NCBI GenBank assembly: GCA_904063045.1
Contig: CAJFCJ010000006.1
Coordinates: forward strand, 2,284,946 to 2,348,945
Source of the DNA: Dimorphilus gyrociliatus
Lineage: Eukaryota; Animalia; Annelida
Length of the DNA: 64,000 nucleotides
Reading direction: 5' to 3'
Part shown: positions 53,174 through 64,000 of the stretch, piece by piece
How the letters are laid out: every line of letters starts with the position of its first letter
Position numbering within the stretch: position 1 is the first letter of the stretch
Translations under genes and position numbers: made by a program
Notes under the pieces: generated by a model
Told to the model about the DNA's origin: nothing
The model's input: the letters and a program-made list of their open reading frames with translations, nothing else
The model's database searches: none

Positions 53174-56100
53174 TTAGACGGGGTGGAGCATCTGGAACAT
53201 TCGAAGATTTTCCTGATGTTAAATAACCAACAGTTCCAGGGGTTCCTTAAAAATAAAATAGAAATAATTAACTATTAATTAGATAATTTCAATAAGCAGA
53301 TGGCAACTAACCAGTTAAATAGCCACTGACGGTTTTGTCTGTAATGAACAAATCGTGCTTCTGATCCCTGTATTCTCTCCATACTGGGAATTTCTCTAAA
53401 ATATTTGCGACTTGTTCACCATATTTTAGACTGTTTTGCATTGCCTTTAAAGCCTTTACAACTTGAGCTTTCGTTGCAGCCGGATTTTCGCATTGTTCCA
53501 ATCTTGATTCTAATAATTTAACGAGAAATTGTACCATTTCCGTGTCGAGGGCCTGCTGTACCAATTCATCATAAACACTTTGAAAGAGAAGATGAAGGGC
53601 ATCACAGGCTAAACCTGTTTAATCATACGTTATGTTAAAAATAGTATATACTTTTAAGAATGATCCTATATTTTACCTATTATGTCAGGTCGTTTCATCA
53701 TGGCTTCTTTAATGGCTCCAATACATTCGATTTGCGACATACTTTGCACACAAACTGTACTCGATGTTACCTTTTGCACAACAACAATGGAATGTTTAAT
53801 AACTGCGGTGTCCTTTGAACGCATTGCTCTAAAGAACTTGGGCATAACTCCTAGCTGAGGTAAAACATCTAGCATAGTTGGTTGAGCACTAAATAGAGCA
53901 TTCAAAGCGTCGGTAATTGTTTCTAACATTTCTCCATGATTCGTACTATTATCAACCAGAGACGACCATTTTTCTAAGAGCTCTGTTAAAAACTCTCGAG
54001 GTTTTCTTAAAACCCATCCAGGATTTGCTACGAATAGTCGGAGGAATACACCCCCTATCACTACTTCTCCCTGACTTTGAGAATAAACTACTGCAAAATC
54101 TTCTGGCAAATTCCATTTAGTATCTGGATTTTCTCGTTGAGATCTATAATGTTTTAAGCACATCCTCTCTACAACACCACATACTTTTTCTCTTCCTTCG
54201 TCATTCCATATGAGTTCTGGGTTTTCGTGAACGCTTTCGAACATATGAACAGCAGCTTCAGAATTGTCTCTCATTGCATCTAGGAATATAGGCGGGAGAA
54301 ATTTTGCTAAAAGTAATCGAAGTCTTGGTCCGACCAATTTATCTGAGAGAACTTTAGCAAATAGTCCTGCCGTTTGAATTCTGACATCAGCGTTAGCAGC
54401 AGAGCAGAATAGATGTAGCAAGTAAATTAATGCTCCTTTGTTCATAGCTTCTTTCAGTAACTTCGTTGAAGATGTTAATGGAAACAACACTTCTAAACTT
54501 AAACTTCTGGCATTTTCGATTGAAATGAGCGTCATCAAAAGGTAAGAAATGACATTTGAAGCCGCGATATCAGCCACGCATTCTTGGCAGCCTGAGACGC
54601 AACACATTACCTCTAGGGCAAGTCTTTGCAAATTTTCACAGCCCTCACAGCGTAATAAAGAAAATAAAAGTTTAAAATGGCCAATGCATTGAATCTCAAC
54701 TCCAGGATTAGCTCTTAAAACGTTCCTAAGCGCCTCGAGAGCCATTTCGCAATGCTTTGTTCTTGTAACATTAATTCTTGCATGACGTTCTTGAGGATTT
54801 AATGTCATTAAACTATGAATGTATTGCGCATGAGAACCAATAAAACCCAGAGTATCCAGCGTAAAGCCTTTCGGATTCTGAAAGTGAATAGAATTGACTT
54901 TGTAATTTGAAAAATTAACTATTTGCAGTTTAACCTCTAGTGGGAAATTCGGTTGTTCATTGTATACTCGGACGAAAATATCTCCAATTATCAACTCTTT
55001 CTCGTGTGCAGTAAATACGAATGTTCCACCGAAATCTGGATCACTTTCGCCCTATAATACAAGGAAAAATATACTAAACTACATTTTGCAAAATTCCTTC
55101 AATGAAGTTATAAACAAACAAAAATGAAGTTATAAACAAACAACAGGACTAATTGTTAAAGATACCAACTCTTCTAATATGGTTTGTTTGTTGCTCTTCC
55201 AAATAAGCGTTTAATTCAATTCTTGTACTATTATCCCAAATTAGATAAGGATTTTCAGAATTGCAATTTAACATCTTCAAGACATCGTTTACTTCATCTT
55301 TCTTAGCTAATTGTTTAGCAACATATGGAGTTAGTAGCGCTATCAAAGATTTTCTGACTCCCGGATTTTCTGGCGTCTCCTCTTCTTCCGTTTTCAAATA
55401 TCCTCCTAATCTCGCGCACGCATACAATGATAATCTAGCAAGGCGGTTAGATATTTCTTGTTGGTTTGATTCACCAGATTTTTCAACACCACCTTCATCC
55501 AATGTAAAGTCGTAGTTAAAGAGATTCAGTAGAAGGTGCCATAAAACCCCAGATTGATGCAGATGTGTTTGAAGCCATAAATCACAAGAAAATGCTGCTA
55601 CACATTCTGTAGCAGTAATAGATAATCTTGGAATTTGCTTGTAATATAAACACCTTATTGAAGAAAAAAATTGACATTAACAATTAACATATATCAAGGT
55701 GTATTGTTAAACTATACTCTACCTGCAAATGTCTCTGACGACATCAGTAAGTTCCTGTAATCTCTCTCTACAATGTTCAAATTGACTAGCAACCGAATAA
55801 CATTGCATGACATGGCCACAAACTTGAACGCCCATATCCTCCTCTTTTGAACTTTTTGAAAGAACTCCAGCGCATCTTGAAAAAGCTAATTGTAAAGTTT
55901 CTAATCCTTTTTCTCTTCGTAATTCTTCTGCATTCAAAGCAGAACAAGCAACAGTATGATGGCACAATTCAGCAGCAGCGGCCAAAAGAGGAGCAGCCTT
56001 AGAGAAGAGACCATCGTCATCTGTTTCCATTTGTACAGTTTTAATAAGCATCGGATAACCAGCGTACTTATAAGGCTGTAAGACGGCTTTATAGCGACTG

Positions 56101-59100
56101 AATAAAATACTCTGAGCTTTAAGAATGAGAACTAGATTCTGAGGATCAGGTCCGTCACAAATTTTGTTCTTTGAACATACAAATTCATACGCTGAGTTAA
56201 CTTTTTCGAACATATCTCTTCCGTCAGGATTCTTATCTGGATGGTATTTTTGAGCTAACTTGAAGTATGCTTTTCTAACAGCAGACTCTTCATGGCTTTG
56301 TCCAGTGGGCAAATTCAAAACTCTATAAGCATCGTCAATCGACATTGTTGGTGGTTTCTTTTCAACTTCCGTTTTCCATGCTTCCAAAATGTCTTTTAAT
56401 AACTTGACTGGATTCTTAATTGGCCAATCAGCAAATTTGCTTATATCACATAAATGCCTCAAGTAATATATATTGCAGAATAATTCGCTTTCTAATTGTG
56501 GGAATGTAATAACTGGAATTGGACAATATTGATAAAGTGCGCGCGTGTTGCTTTGTAGTCTGGGGGTGAAATCGGCTAAATGGGAGGCAATTTTCTCTAT
56601 CATCAATCGGCGCATCTCATTAGACCATATAGCCTCTGGAGTATCAAATTCTCCAAGGAAAATTTCTGCAAATTTTTCAGGTTCGTAGTTCTCTAAATAG
56701 CAAACCATTGCCTCAGGAAGTAGGTGACCCATAACAGACCTTTGCATAATATCCGATGATTTTGAATCATCAGATCGAAGTGCCTGGCGTAGATGAGTGT
56801 ATTTAAGAAATTTAGCCACTGGTAAAACGTTACTGCCAGTATACATCATAATAAAGAAGAAAACACCTGTAAGTTAAGTCAAAGCTTCGGTGATGGAAAG
56901 AAATAGGGGAAAGTATAGGCAACAAACCAGTTAGATATAATCTAGAAATTGTCGGGTTATCCTGAATAACATCGTATAATAGAGTAGAAACTTTTTCTAC
57001 CAAAACAGGATCAAAAGTTAGCAGCAGTTGAACGATATGAGGTAAGCAGGTAGGTTCAGAAAGAATTTTCTTAACTTTAGGAATTGGTCTAACAACAGAA
57101 TCATCTGAATCTCTACTGGGGTAAAATTCGCACATTCTGATTAGCATGTTCAGAACTAATGTCGATAAATCTGTTTCATTTAGTACTGCTTGTCCCGTAG
57201 CAAGTAGTCCCCATTTTAATTGAGGAATCGAATGTAGGGGCCGCCAACCGTCCATACCTTGAGCCCAGCATCGAGTTTTAGCAACTAGGTGGCCCTCCTT
57301 ATAGAATTTTTGCATCTATGGAAATTATATTTTTAAAAATAAAAACTGATCATTACAAATATATGTATGAAGAAATGTACCTCTTCATAACTATAAGGAC
57401 CTAAACGCTCTTTATCTTTATTACCATAATACCATTCCTTAGCAGATTCCCTTTTCATATCGCCACTTTCAATAACATTCGATTGAGCAGGAACAGTTGC
57501 GCGAGAAGTATGCAAATGAGCTAAAGTTAATAAGTCCACGAGAATTTTAATACCATTGGCGTCGATTATTTCTTTCACGTTTGTCTAGTTGATAAAATAA
57601 AGAAATTATATATAAATATATATAAGTATATATGAATATGTGTATATTACTTATATATAAATATATATTTACATATATGTTAAATATACCTTATTATATA
57701 TAAGCCTATTGAGAAATTGTAAAATCCTATCTCTTTCCATTCTATCAACGCACTATTAAAAGCAAAGAAAAATATTACCATTACTTCTATTTGAAAGTTC
57801 AAATATTTACTCTATCTAGCATTGCTACGATGTATTTTGTATCGTTGAACGCTCCAATTTCCTCATAGCAACGACCGTAAACGACGGTTAACGCTTGCAA
57901 GCACAAACATTTCATTGCAGTTTTTGGGGTGAGTAAAAATCGATGATACAGATCGTTAAAAAATTCATTACTGTGATATATGATAAATTATAAAAAACAT
58001 TGCTATTTAGTTATTTTACTTACGATTTCTTTATTGCACTATATTGTTCAGTTTCCTCATCCTCAAGCAATAATCTTAGGTAATAATCGCCAATTTTTAT
58101 TTCTTCATTCAATGATGAATAGTGTACTTCAAATTCTTGATGATTCCACGATATAGTTATATTAGCGGACAGATCCCTATCAGTCGTGAAGGCTCTTAGT
58201 TCATCCTCTAGGGCTGTTCTTAATTCTTCTCGTGTCTTAAAATTCCATATTAAATTTGGTTTTGCATGATCCTTGGAGAATTGATAATAAAACATTTTCC
58301 AATTTGCCTCTGATTTGATTCTTTGCCGCCTGTTGATGTTTTTTGACTAGTCAAAATATATTGATTATAATGTTTTTTTTAAATAGTACCTTCTCCTTAA
58401 CACAATTGGCTTGTCTTCCTTTGAAGGAGTTTGTTTGCTTTCGAAGCCTATTCTTGCTCTCCAATGTTGTAAAACATTTTCAATTTGTTTTTCAATTTTT
58501 CGCCATTGTACTTTGCGTTTACGTTGATTTTCTTCTTCTTCAGCCTGCTTCAAATTATCTCGAACGTGTAATCTATCAATATCATCATCTTCAGGAACCT
58601 CGTCCTCACTATCTAAATATAGCATTAATCCTGCAGGCTATAAAAAGAACCGTTTTAGTAACTCATTCAATCTACTGTGCTTTTAAATGAAAAATATTTG
58701 TTGATACTTACTAAAATTCGAGATAGTAAAGCCATTGCTGTAGGATTTCCTGTCACCCATAAACCAACTAGATGTCGGCTTAATTGCCTTTAATTGAAAA
58801 AGGATAAATTATTAATTATGTCTTTATACTAAAAAATCATATTCCGACTAAAGATAAAAAGAAATTATTTATTCGGACCTAACGGTTAGCATTCTCGAAT
58901 CAGCACTTTGAGTAAACATGGACGAATGTAGATGACGTGGAAGAGCACCTTCAGCTAAAGCCAAATCTTGCATTTTAGCGGCTATTTCGGCTTCACCTAA
59001 TTATATTTTTTAAAGAGCTTATTTCTCTACTAATATTATCTATATTGAAAATATTAACCTTCTTCGATAAGAGCTTTCATAACCAAGCCGGCGCCTTTTA

Positions 59101-61648
59101 CAACCGCCATACTTGGATGCTAAAAGAGTATGACGTTAGTTAATTAGTACTAATAGGATGTTCAAGATTTACTTGAAACAATCGGAAAATAGTTCGTCCC
59201 TGAGCAGCTACCATTTCTAACAAACTATCAAAATATGCTCCATCAGTTGTCTCTGAATAAGGTGCGCATAGTGCAAACGTTAGAAAATCTAACATTGCAG
59301 CGATAACTAGAGCGCCAGTTCCTTTCATCTAATGAGAACAACAAAAAGAGAAAAATCACATATATTTAAAACTGAACACAACTAAACTCTAAAGAGATAT
59401 GAATCATACTTACAATGTGATTAGTGAACATTTCTAGTAAATTTTCAAGAAACATTTTAGATGACATAAGAGAAGCTTTATTTAGCTGCTCTTGCTTGAG
59501 ATCAAAATCATCGTGCATGGGCTAAAAATTAAGGTGATTATTAGTCTCTTGAATATTCATAATAAAATAAGTTTTAGTTCAAATAGAAATTTTAATAGAA
59601 AAATATAAACCTGCATTAATGCAGTCATCATATCTAAAGCAGCATGACTAACACCCTCGTTATTTCGTTTCAACGCCTTGACTACTTTCATTCCTACTCT
59701 TTCCCTCATTCTAAGATATTTAAACAAATAGTTAGTGTCGTTCTACAAAATACAATTTAAACAGACTTTGGCAAATGTGTAAAAGCAAAAAATCCAGCTT
59801 TTGAGGCTACTAAACGACGTAAGGCATGAAATTGCGCCTCCAGTTGTGAATTAGTTATCACATTCTGATCCCCTTCCTTATCTAATAAAGCACTCAAGGC
59901 TCCGTTTATAAGTCGTTCTTTATTTTCGGCAAATAGACCATCGGCTGTGACCGCATGTAATAAACCCGAATATGACACATTGGCGTTAAACCTAAGTAAT
60001 AAGGAAGGTAAGTGATACAATATACAAAATATTAAAAGTTTAGTGACACTAACCTATCCACAGCTGATGAAAATGTCATACCACCGGGAAGAGTTTGAAT
60101 AAATTTCATATGTTGGCTCTCAACTTCTTCATCAACGGGAACTGTGAATGGTCCCAATCGCAATCCTCTCAGAGTTGAAGTCATTCGAACGCAAATATCT
60201 CGATTGCCTGATGCTCTAACGCCATCCATCAAACTTGCTATCAAAGAATCCCGATCGGTTGACGTATACGTTCTGACAGATCCTGTACAGTGTTTTTGGA
60301 GGAATACATAAAGTTTAATATGTAATTTTCTTAACATAATATTTTAATACAGTACCTCGAACATATTCAATTGAAAATTTTTGTGGGTCTTCCGGATTCC
60401 TAATAATAGCAAAGATTTCCAAAAGTGGCTTAACTGTGCATACTATATAAGATGCAGGGTCTCTTTCTACTAGGCACGTTTCAGTAATACATAGATTTCT
60501 TCTCACCGGTTCTTGATGTCTAACAGAATGTTTATAAACCATAAACTCGGAACATGAAGTTAGTGCTTCATCAGTTCCGTATTTTCCTAATCTATGAGTT
60601 TGAAATTGATCAAGGGTAATTGGATCTTTGCGAAGTTTTATAGAAATTCCTATGCAAGACGTTGCTGCTTCTTGAATTGATCGTATCAAATCTTCTCGCT
60701 CAGACAGAGCAAAGAGATGAAGTCTGCTCCATCCTTCGTGTATTATCGCCAAACCACCGGGAAAATCAGACAGCTGAGTTAAGCCTTCCATGTCTTTATA
60801 GTTATAAGAACCAATAACTTTACCATTGGGATGAATTTGATCCAAACTAGCTTGGTTTACTTCCAATAGAACATTAACTCTTTTTTCACTCCAATGAAAC
60901 TTATAAGCATTAAATCTCTTAATCGAATGATTTTTTTCAGCAAATTTGTTCCTGAATTTCAAAGCATCAGTAAGTAGATCTGAACGATGATCAGTGGAAA
61001 ATTTCATGGTATCAGTCTTTTTTACTCCCTTTTTCATTGTAATTACGAATTCGGAATGATTAGCACATTTTGGATTTGGTACAATACTGATAAACTCTTC
61101 GTATGGCCACTGTTTAAATTTGTAAGAGATAAAGTTAAATGTTAAACTACTAAAACCAAATGTTACATACTTGGTTAGTAATTTCCATAGAATTTGGATT
61201 GTAAGTTGTGATTCCATGTGTACCAACAGAAAATATTCTTTTATACCTAAAAATGCAAAATTGTTTTACAAAATTCTTGACAAGTTGAAAATATTATAGA
61301 ACACATCTCTTATTCATTTTTGATTGAATATAACAAAAGAAAATAAGGAGTTGTTAATATGACTCAGACTCAGCTGGGACGCTTTGACCTACTACTGAAA
61401 TTTACTCGTCCATCAATTAAAATTATGAATAAAACGCTTATTTGCATTTTAACCATGTCAATATATATATATATACTTGGAAACTACAAATCAATTGCAC
61501 ACTTTACTTATTTTGTATAATACAGTTGTGATTCTCATTTAAGTAGTGCAGTAAAAGTATAAGAGAACAAAAATAAGAAACTACCTTCCTTTCCAAGAAT
61601 GTTTTGTAATAAAATAACAACTGATATCTTTGTTTTCTTTCATATCCA
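53174..61648 (-). CDS. DNAJC13: DnaJ homolog subfamily C member 13 (RME-8)
   Basis: [12 protein letters not shown]-terminus, IWN repeats ([36 protein letters not shown]), GYF-like [18 protein letters not shown]-domain [10 protein letters not shown], and a GYLT-containing C-terminus. Confidence 0.97.
55101..55143. repeat. 22-bp direct tandem duplication in a DNAJC13 intron
   Basis: aatgaagttataaacaaacaaa followed by aatgaagttataaacaaacaa. Confidence 0.9.
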
Positions 61649-62128
61649 TATTTTAAATAATTCTTCTAATGACCTGATTGTATCCAATTTCTAATTTTTG
61701 TCGGAACAGTGAACTAAACAGATAGCAAGTTTTCAAGAAGATTTTATGACGAAAGTACGCTTTGAATACAAGCTTTAACTACAGTAAGAGTCAGTGTAAA
61801 TGATTTCTAAGTATTTATCTGCACTACACTTTATAGAAAATTTTTCAACTAAAGATAATCGTCTAGTTTTTGTTTATAGTTTTCCATCAGCTTCCGACAT
61901 TGCAATATATGGTACGCATGCGCGTAACTCCTACTTCCTTTAGACTGGCGCCTTGATAAACACCTTTTCTATTAACATTGTTACATGAATTTACTAACAT
62001 TCCCAGCTATTCTATTACAAAACTGGTTCGTATAGTGATGATTTATTTGTACGATAATAAATAGAATAGACTAGTAAACCATACTTCTTGTGGGGTCTCG
62101 TAAATCGAACATCTCTCTATTTAAAACA

Positions 62129-62998
62129 ATGGATAGCGGAATATCTCAACACGACGAGGATGTTTTAAACCGAATATTTAATCCTAATCTGCCGTATAAT
62201 AATGATGAAGAGGCCAAAGAAGTAATTCAATCAGGTTTTTTAGGAAAAAATTCAAGGTTAATTAAAATTTACTATGGCACATTTTTAACAGAAATTGAAA
62301 CTGAAGATGACCTTCGAGCAAAACCATATGAAGTGGAAGCGATAAAATTAGCTGAGAAAGGAGAAATGGATCAAGCTTTTGCGAAACTTAATGAAGCTAT
62401 TAAACTTGCTCCAAATAGAGCATCTTGCTTCAACAATCGGGCTCAAGTGTATAGATTAATAGGAGACTTGAATAGTAGGTTCTGTTACATATACTGAATA
62501 TAGTATAGTGAAAACGCTAGATAGCATCATTCTTTTTATTGATTCATTAGAACTATCTAGATCATAAATCTTAGCCAGCTATCGCAAATTAGATTTAAAA
62601 ATCTATTAAAGTCGGAATAAATGCTAAATTCATCTGATAAAATAACTAAGCTTAAATATTATTATTACTCATAGATGCCCTAAAGGATCTGGACACCGCC
62701 ATAGATCTAAGCAAAAGTAAAGGAAAGGCTGCTTGCCAAGCTTTCACTCAAAGAGCTTTAATTCGAAAATTGCAGGGTAATTATTAGAAAATCAAACGTT
62801 GCATAGTTGCTGGCAGGGGTAACATCAGGCTATTTTACAGGTAATGATGACGGAGCGATTTGCGACTTTAAAAGCGCTGCTGGTTTAGGAAGTGACTTTG
62901 CAAAAAGTCAGGTAATTGCTATGAATCCTTATGCTGCTCTCTGTAATCAAATGCTTGGAGAAATGATCAGTAAACTGAAAAAGGGTGAAACAGATTAG
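62129..62998 (+). CDS. TTC36: Tetratricopeptide repeat protein 36
   Basis: HDEDVLNRIFNPNLP, RASCFNNRAQVYRL, QAFTQRALI, GSDFAKSQVIAMNPYAALCNQML. Confidence 0.95.
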
Positions 62999-63361
62999 AC
63001 ATTTTTCGAAAAGTATATACGGTGGTGCTAGGGGAATAATTTACTGCTAAGGAAAAACACTTCGTTATCATTCTCTTCATTAGCATAAAATATATCATAT
63101 TTAAACTTGAATGTTTAAAAAAAAACAGTTTATTTTACTTCAAAATAAAATCTATTCAAAAGATATTGAAAATTTGATGAATGAATAAAGTAAACAGTTA
63201 GAAAAACTTTAAAATTTGATTAAAAAATTTAATTATCCAACTTCAAAGTTTTAACTGTAATTCTCGAACACTCAATGTGCTTTTAATCATAAAGTGAGAT
63301 ATTAACAACTGAAAGAACAGTTTAATTCACTTTTATTAGATGATGTCTGTTGCAAATTGCT

Positions 63362-64000
63362 TCAACCAGATTTTAGATATTGCAAAAAAGCTAAGGCAGC
63401 TGAGACTAATAATCCGAAAAACGATATTATTACTAAGCCGTAGGAGAAGTGTAATCCAGTTTTAATCTTTGCACCGTAAACTACGAATCCAATGAAGATG
63501 AATAGACCTATGAGGAATTAAATCATTAAAATTTATTTAAAATAATCGACTTTTTGTTTCAACTTACAAGATACACCAAGTAGAATAATTAAAGCTAAAA
63601 GAACCAGCCTCTTATCAAACGTATGAATAAAGGCATAAACGCACAGGCATGCCGAGCTGGCAAATAAGGTAATTAATCCTATCGTAGTCATTGCTTGAAC
63701 GGTCCTATGGAAGCCTGATTAATTTTAAAAGGAAAAGTGGTATAGAATAAAGGATATCCCTGTTTCTTTGATATAAGGAAAAAAAGATAAATCATACTTA
63801 CCCATATCTTTCTGTATTCGACCTGGAACATTATCAAAATCTCTAGAACAAACGCACCATTGCCATAAACCCTCTTGATAAGTGCCTTTCAACAGTTCAT
63901 AGTCATATGAACCTATTCTCCATCCATTTGAAGCATAGCTGGCCACATAAACTACCATTGATATTGAAAAGACTAAACAAATGAGACCAAATAATCCTCC
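63362..64000 (-). CDS. PMP22/EMP/claudin-superfamily four-TM protein (5' end outside window)
   Basis: TM1 followed by W...EGLWQWC (the W-GLW-C-C signature), TVQAMTTIGL TM2, two further TM segments with FSYGL, and stop TGA at 63362-63364. Confidence 0.75.

Noticed and set aside
62235-62291. In-frame, stop-free introns read through by the ORF track (TTC36; similar cases in DNAJC13 and INTS2)
   Set aside because: With well over 100 short introns in the window, several 3n stop-free introns are expected by chance, and the inserted residues break family alignments.

Overview
AT-rich, very gene-dense eukaryotic (metazoan) genomic DNA with mostly ~50-100 nt GT-AG introns. The style suggests a miniaturised invertebrate genome, possibly a compact annelid such as Dimorphilus (inference only). 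I built 24 spliced protein-coding models by hand: INTS2, FMC1, an orphan, TPK1, VPS18, TMEM101, a single-exon CREB3-family bZIP, IGBP1, SF3B4, CHCHD3/MIC19, VEZT, LYPLAL1, UROS, a C2H2 zinc-finger gene, two divergent tetraspanins, CD63, CYB5D1, CCDC51, an HDGFL2/PSIP1-like PWWP+IBD gene, a coiled-coil orphan, DNAJC13/RME-8, TTC36 and a partial PMP22/claudin-family gene. No rRNA, tRNA, CRISPR array or intact transposon was recognised. The most interesting region is 27-41 kb. (1) CD63 has two duplicated, exactly 66-nt alternative terminal exons that swap the palmitoylation cysteines and the YxxPhi sorting tail. (2) Two local CD63-derived tetraspanins have lost the CCG motif and the sorting tail, yet the plus-strand one retains islands of the CD63 upstream non-coding sequence. 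(3) The zinc-finger gene has a 25-nt microexon, an unnamed N-terminal domain, and a possible distal first exon inside CD63 intron 1, which would nest the tetraspanins in its intron. Across the window, gene orientation alternates almost perfectly (21 of 23 adjacencies), and several divergent gaps carry CTCF- or YY1-like motifs. Gene names come from recalled protein-family motifs, not database searches.
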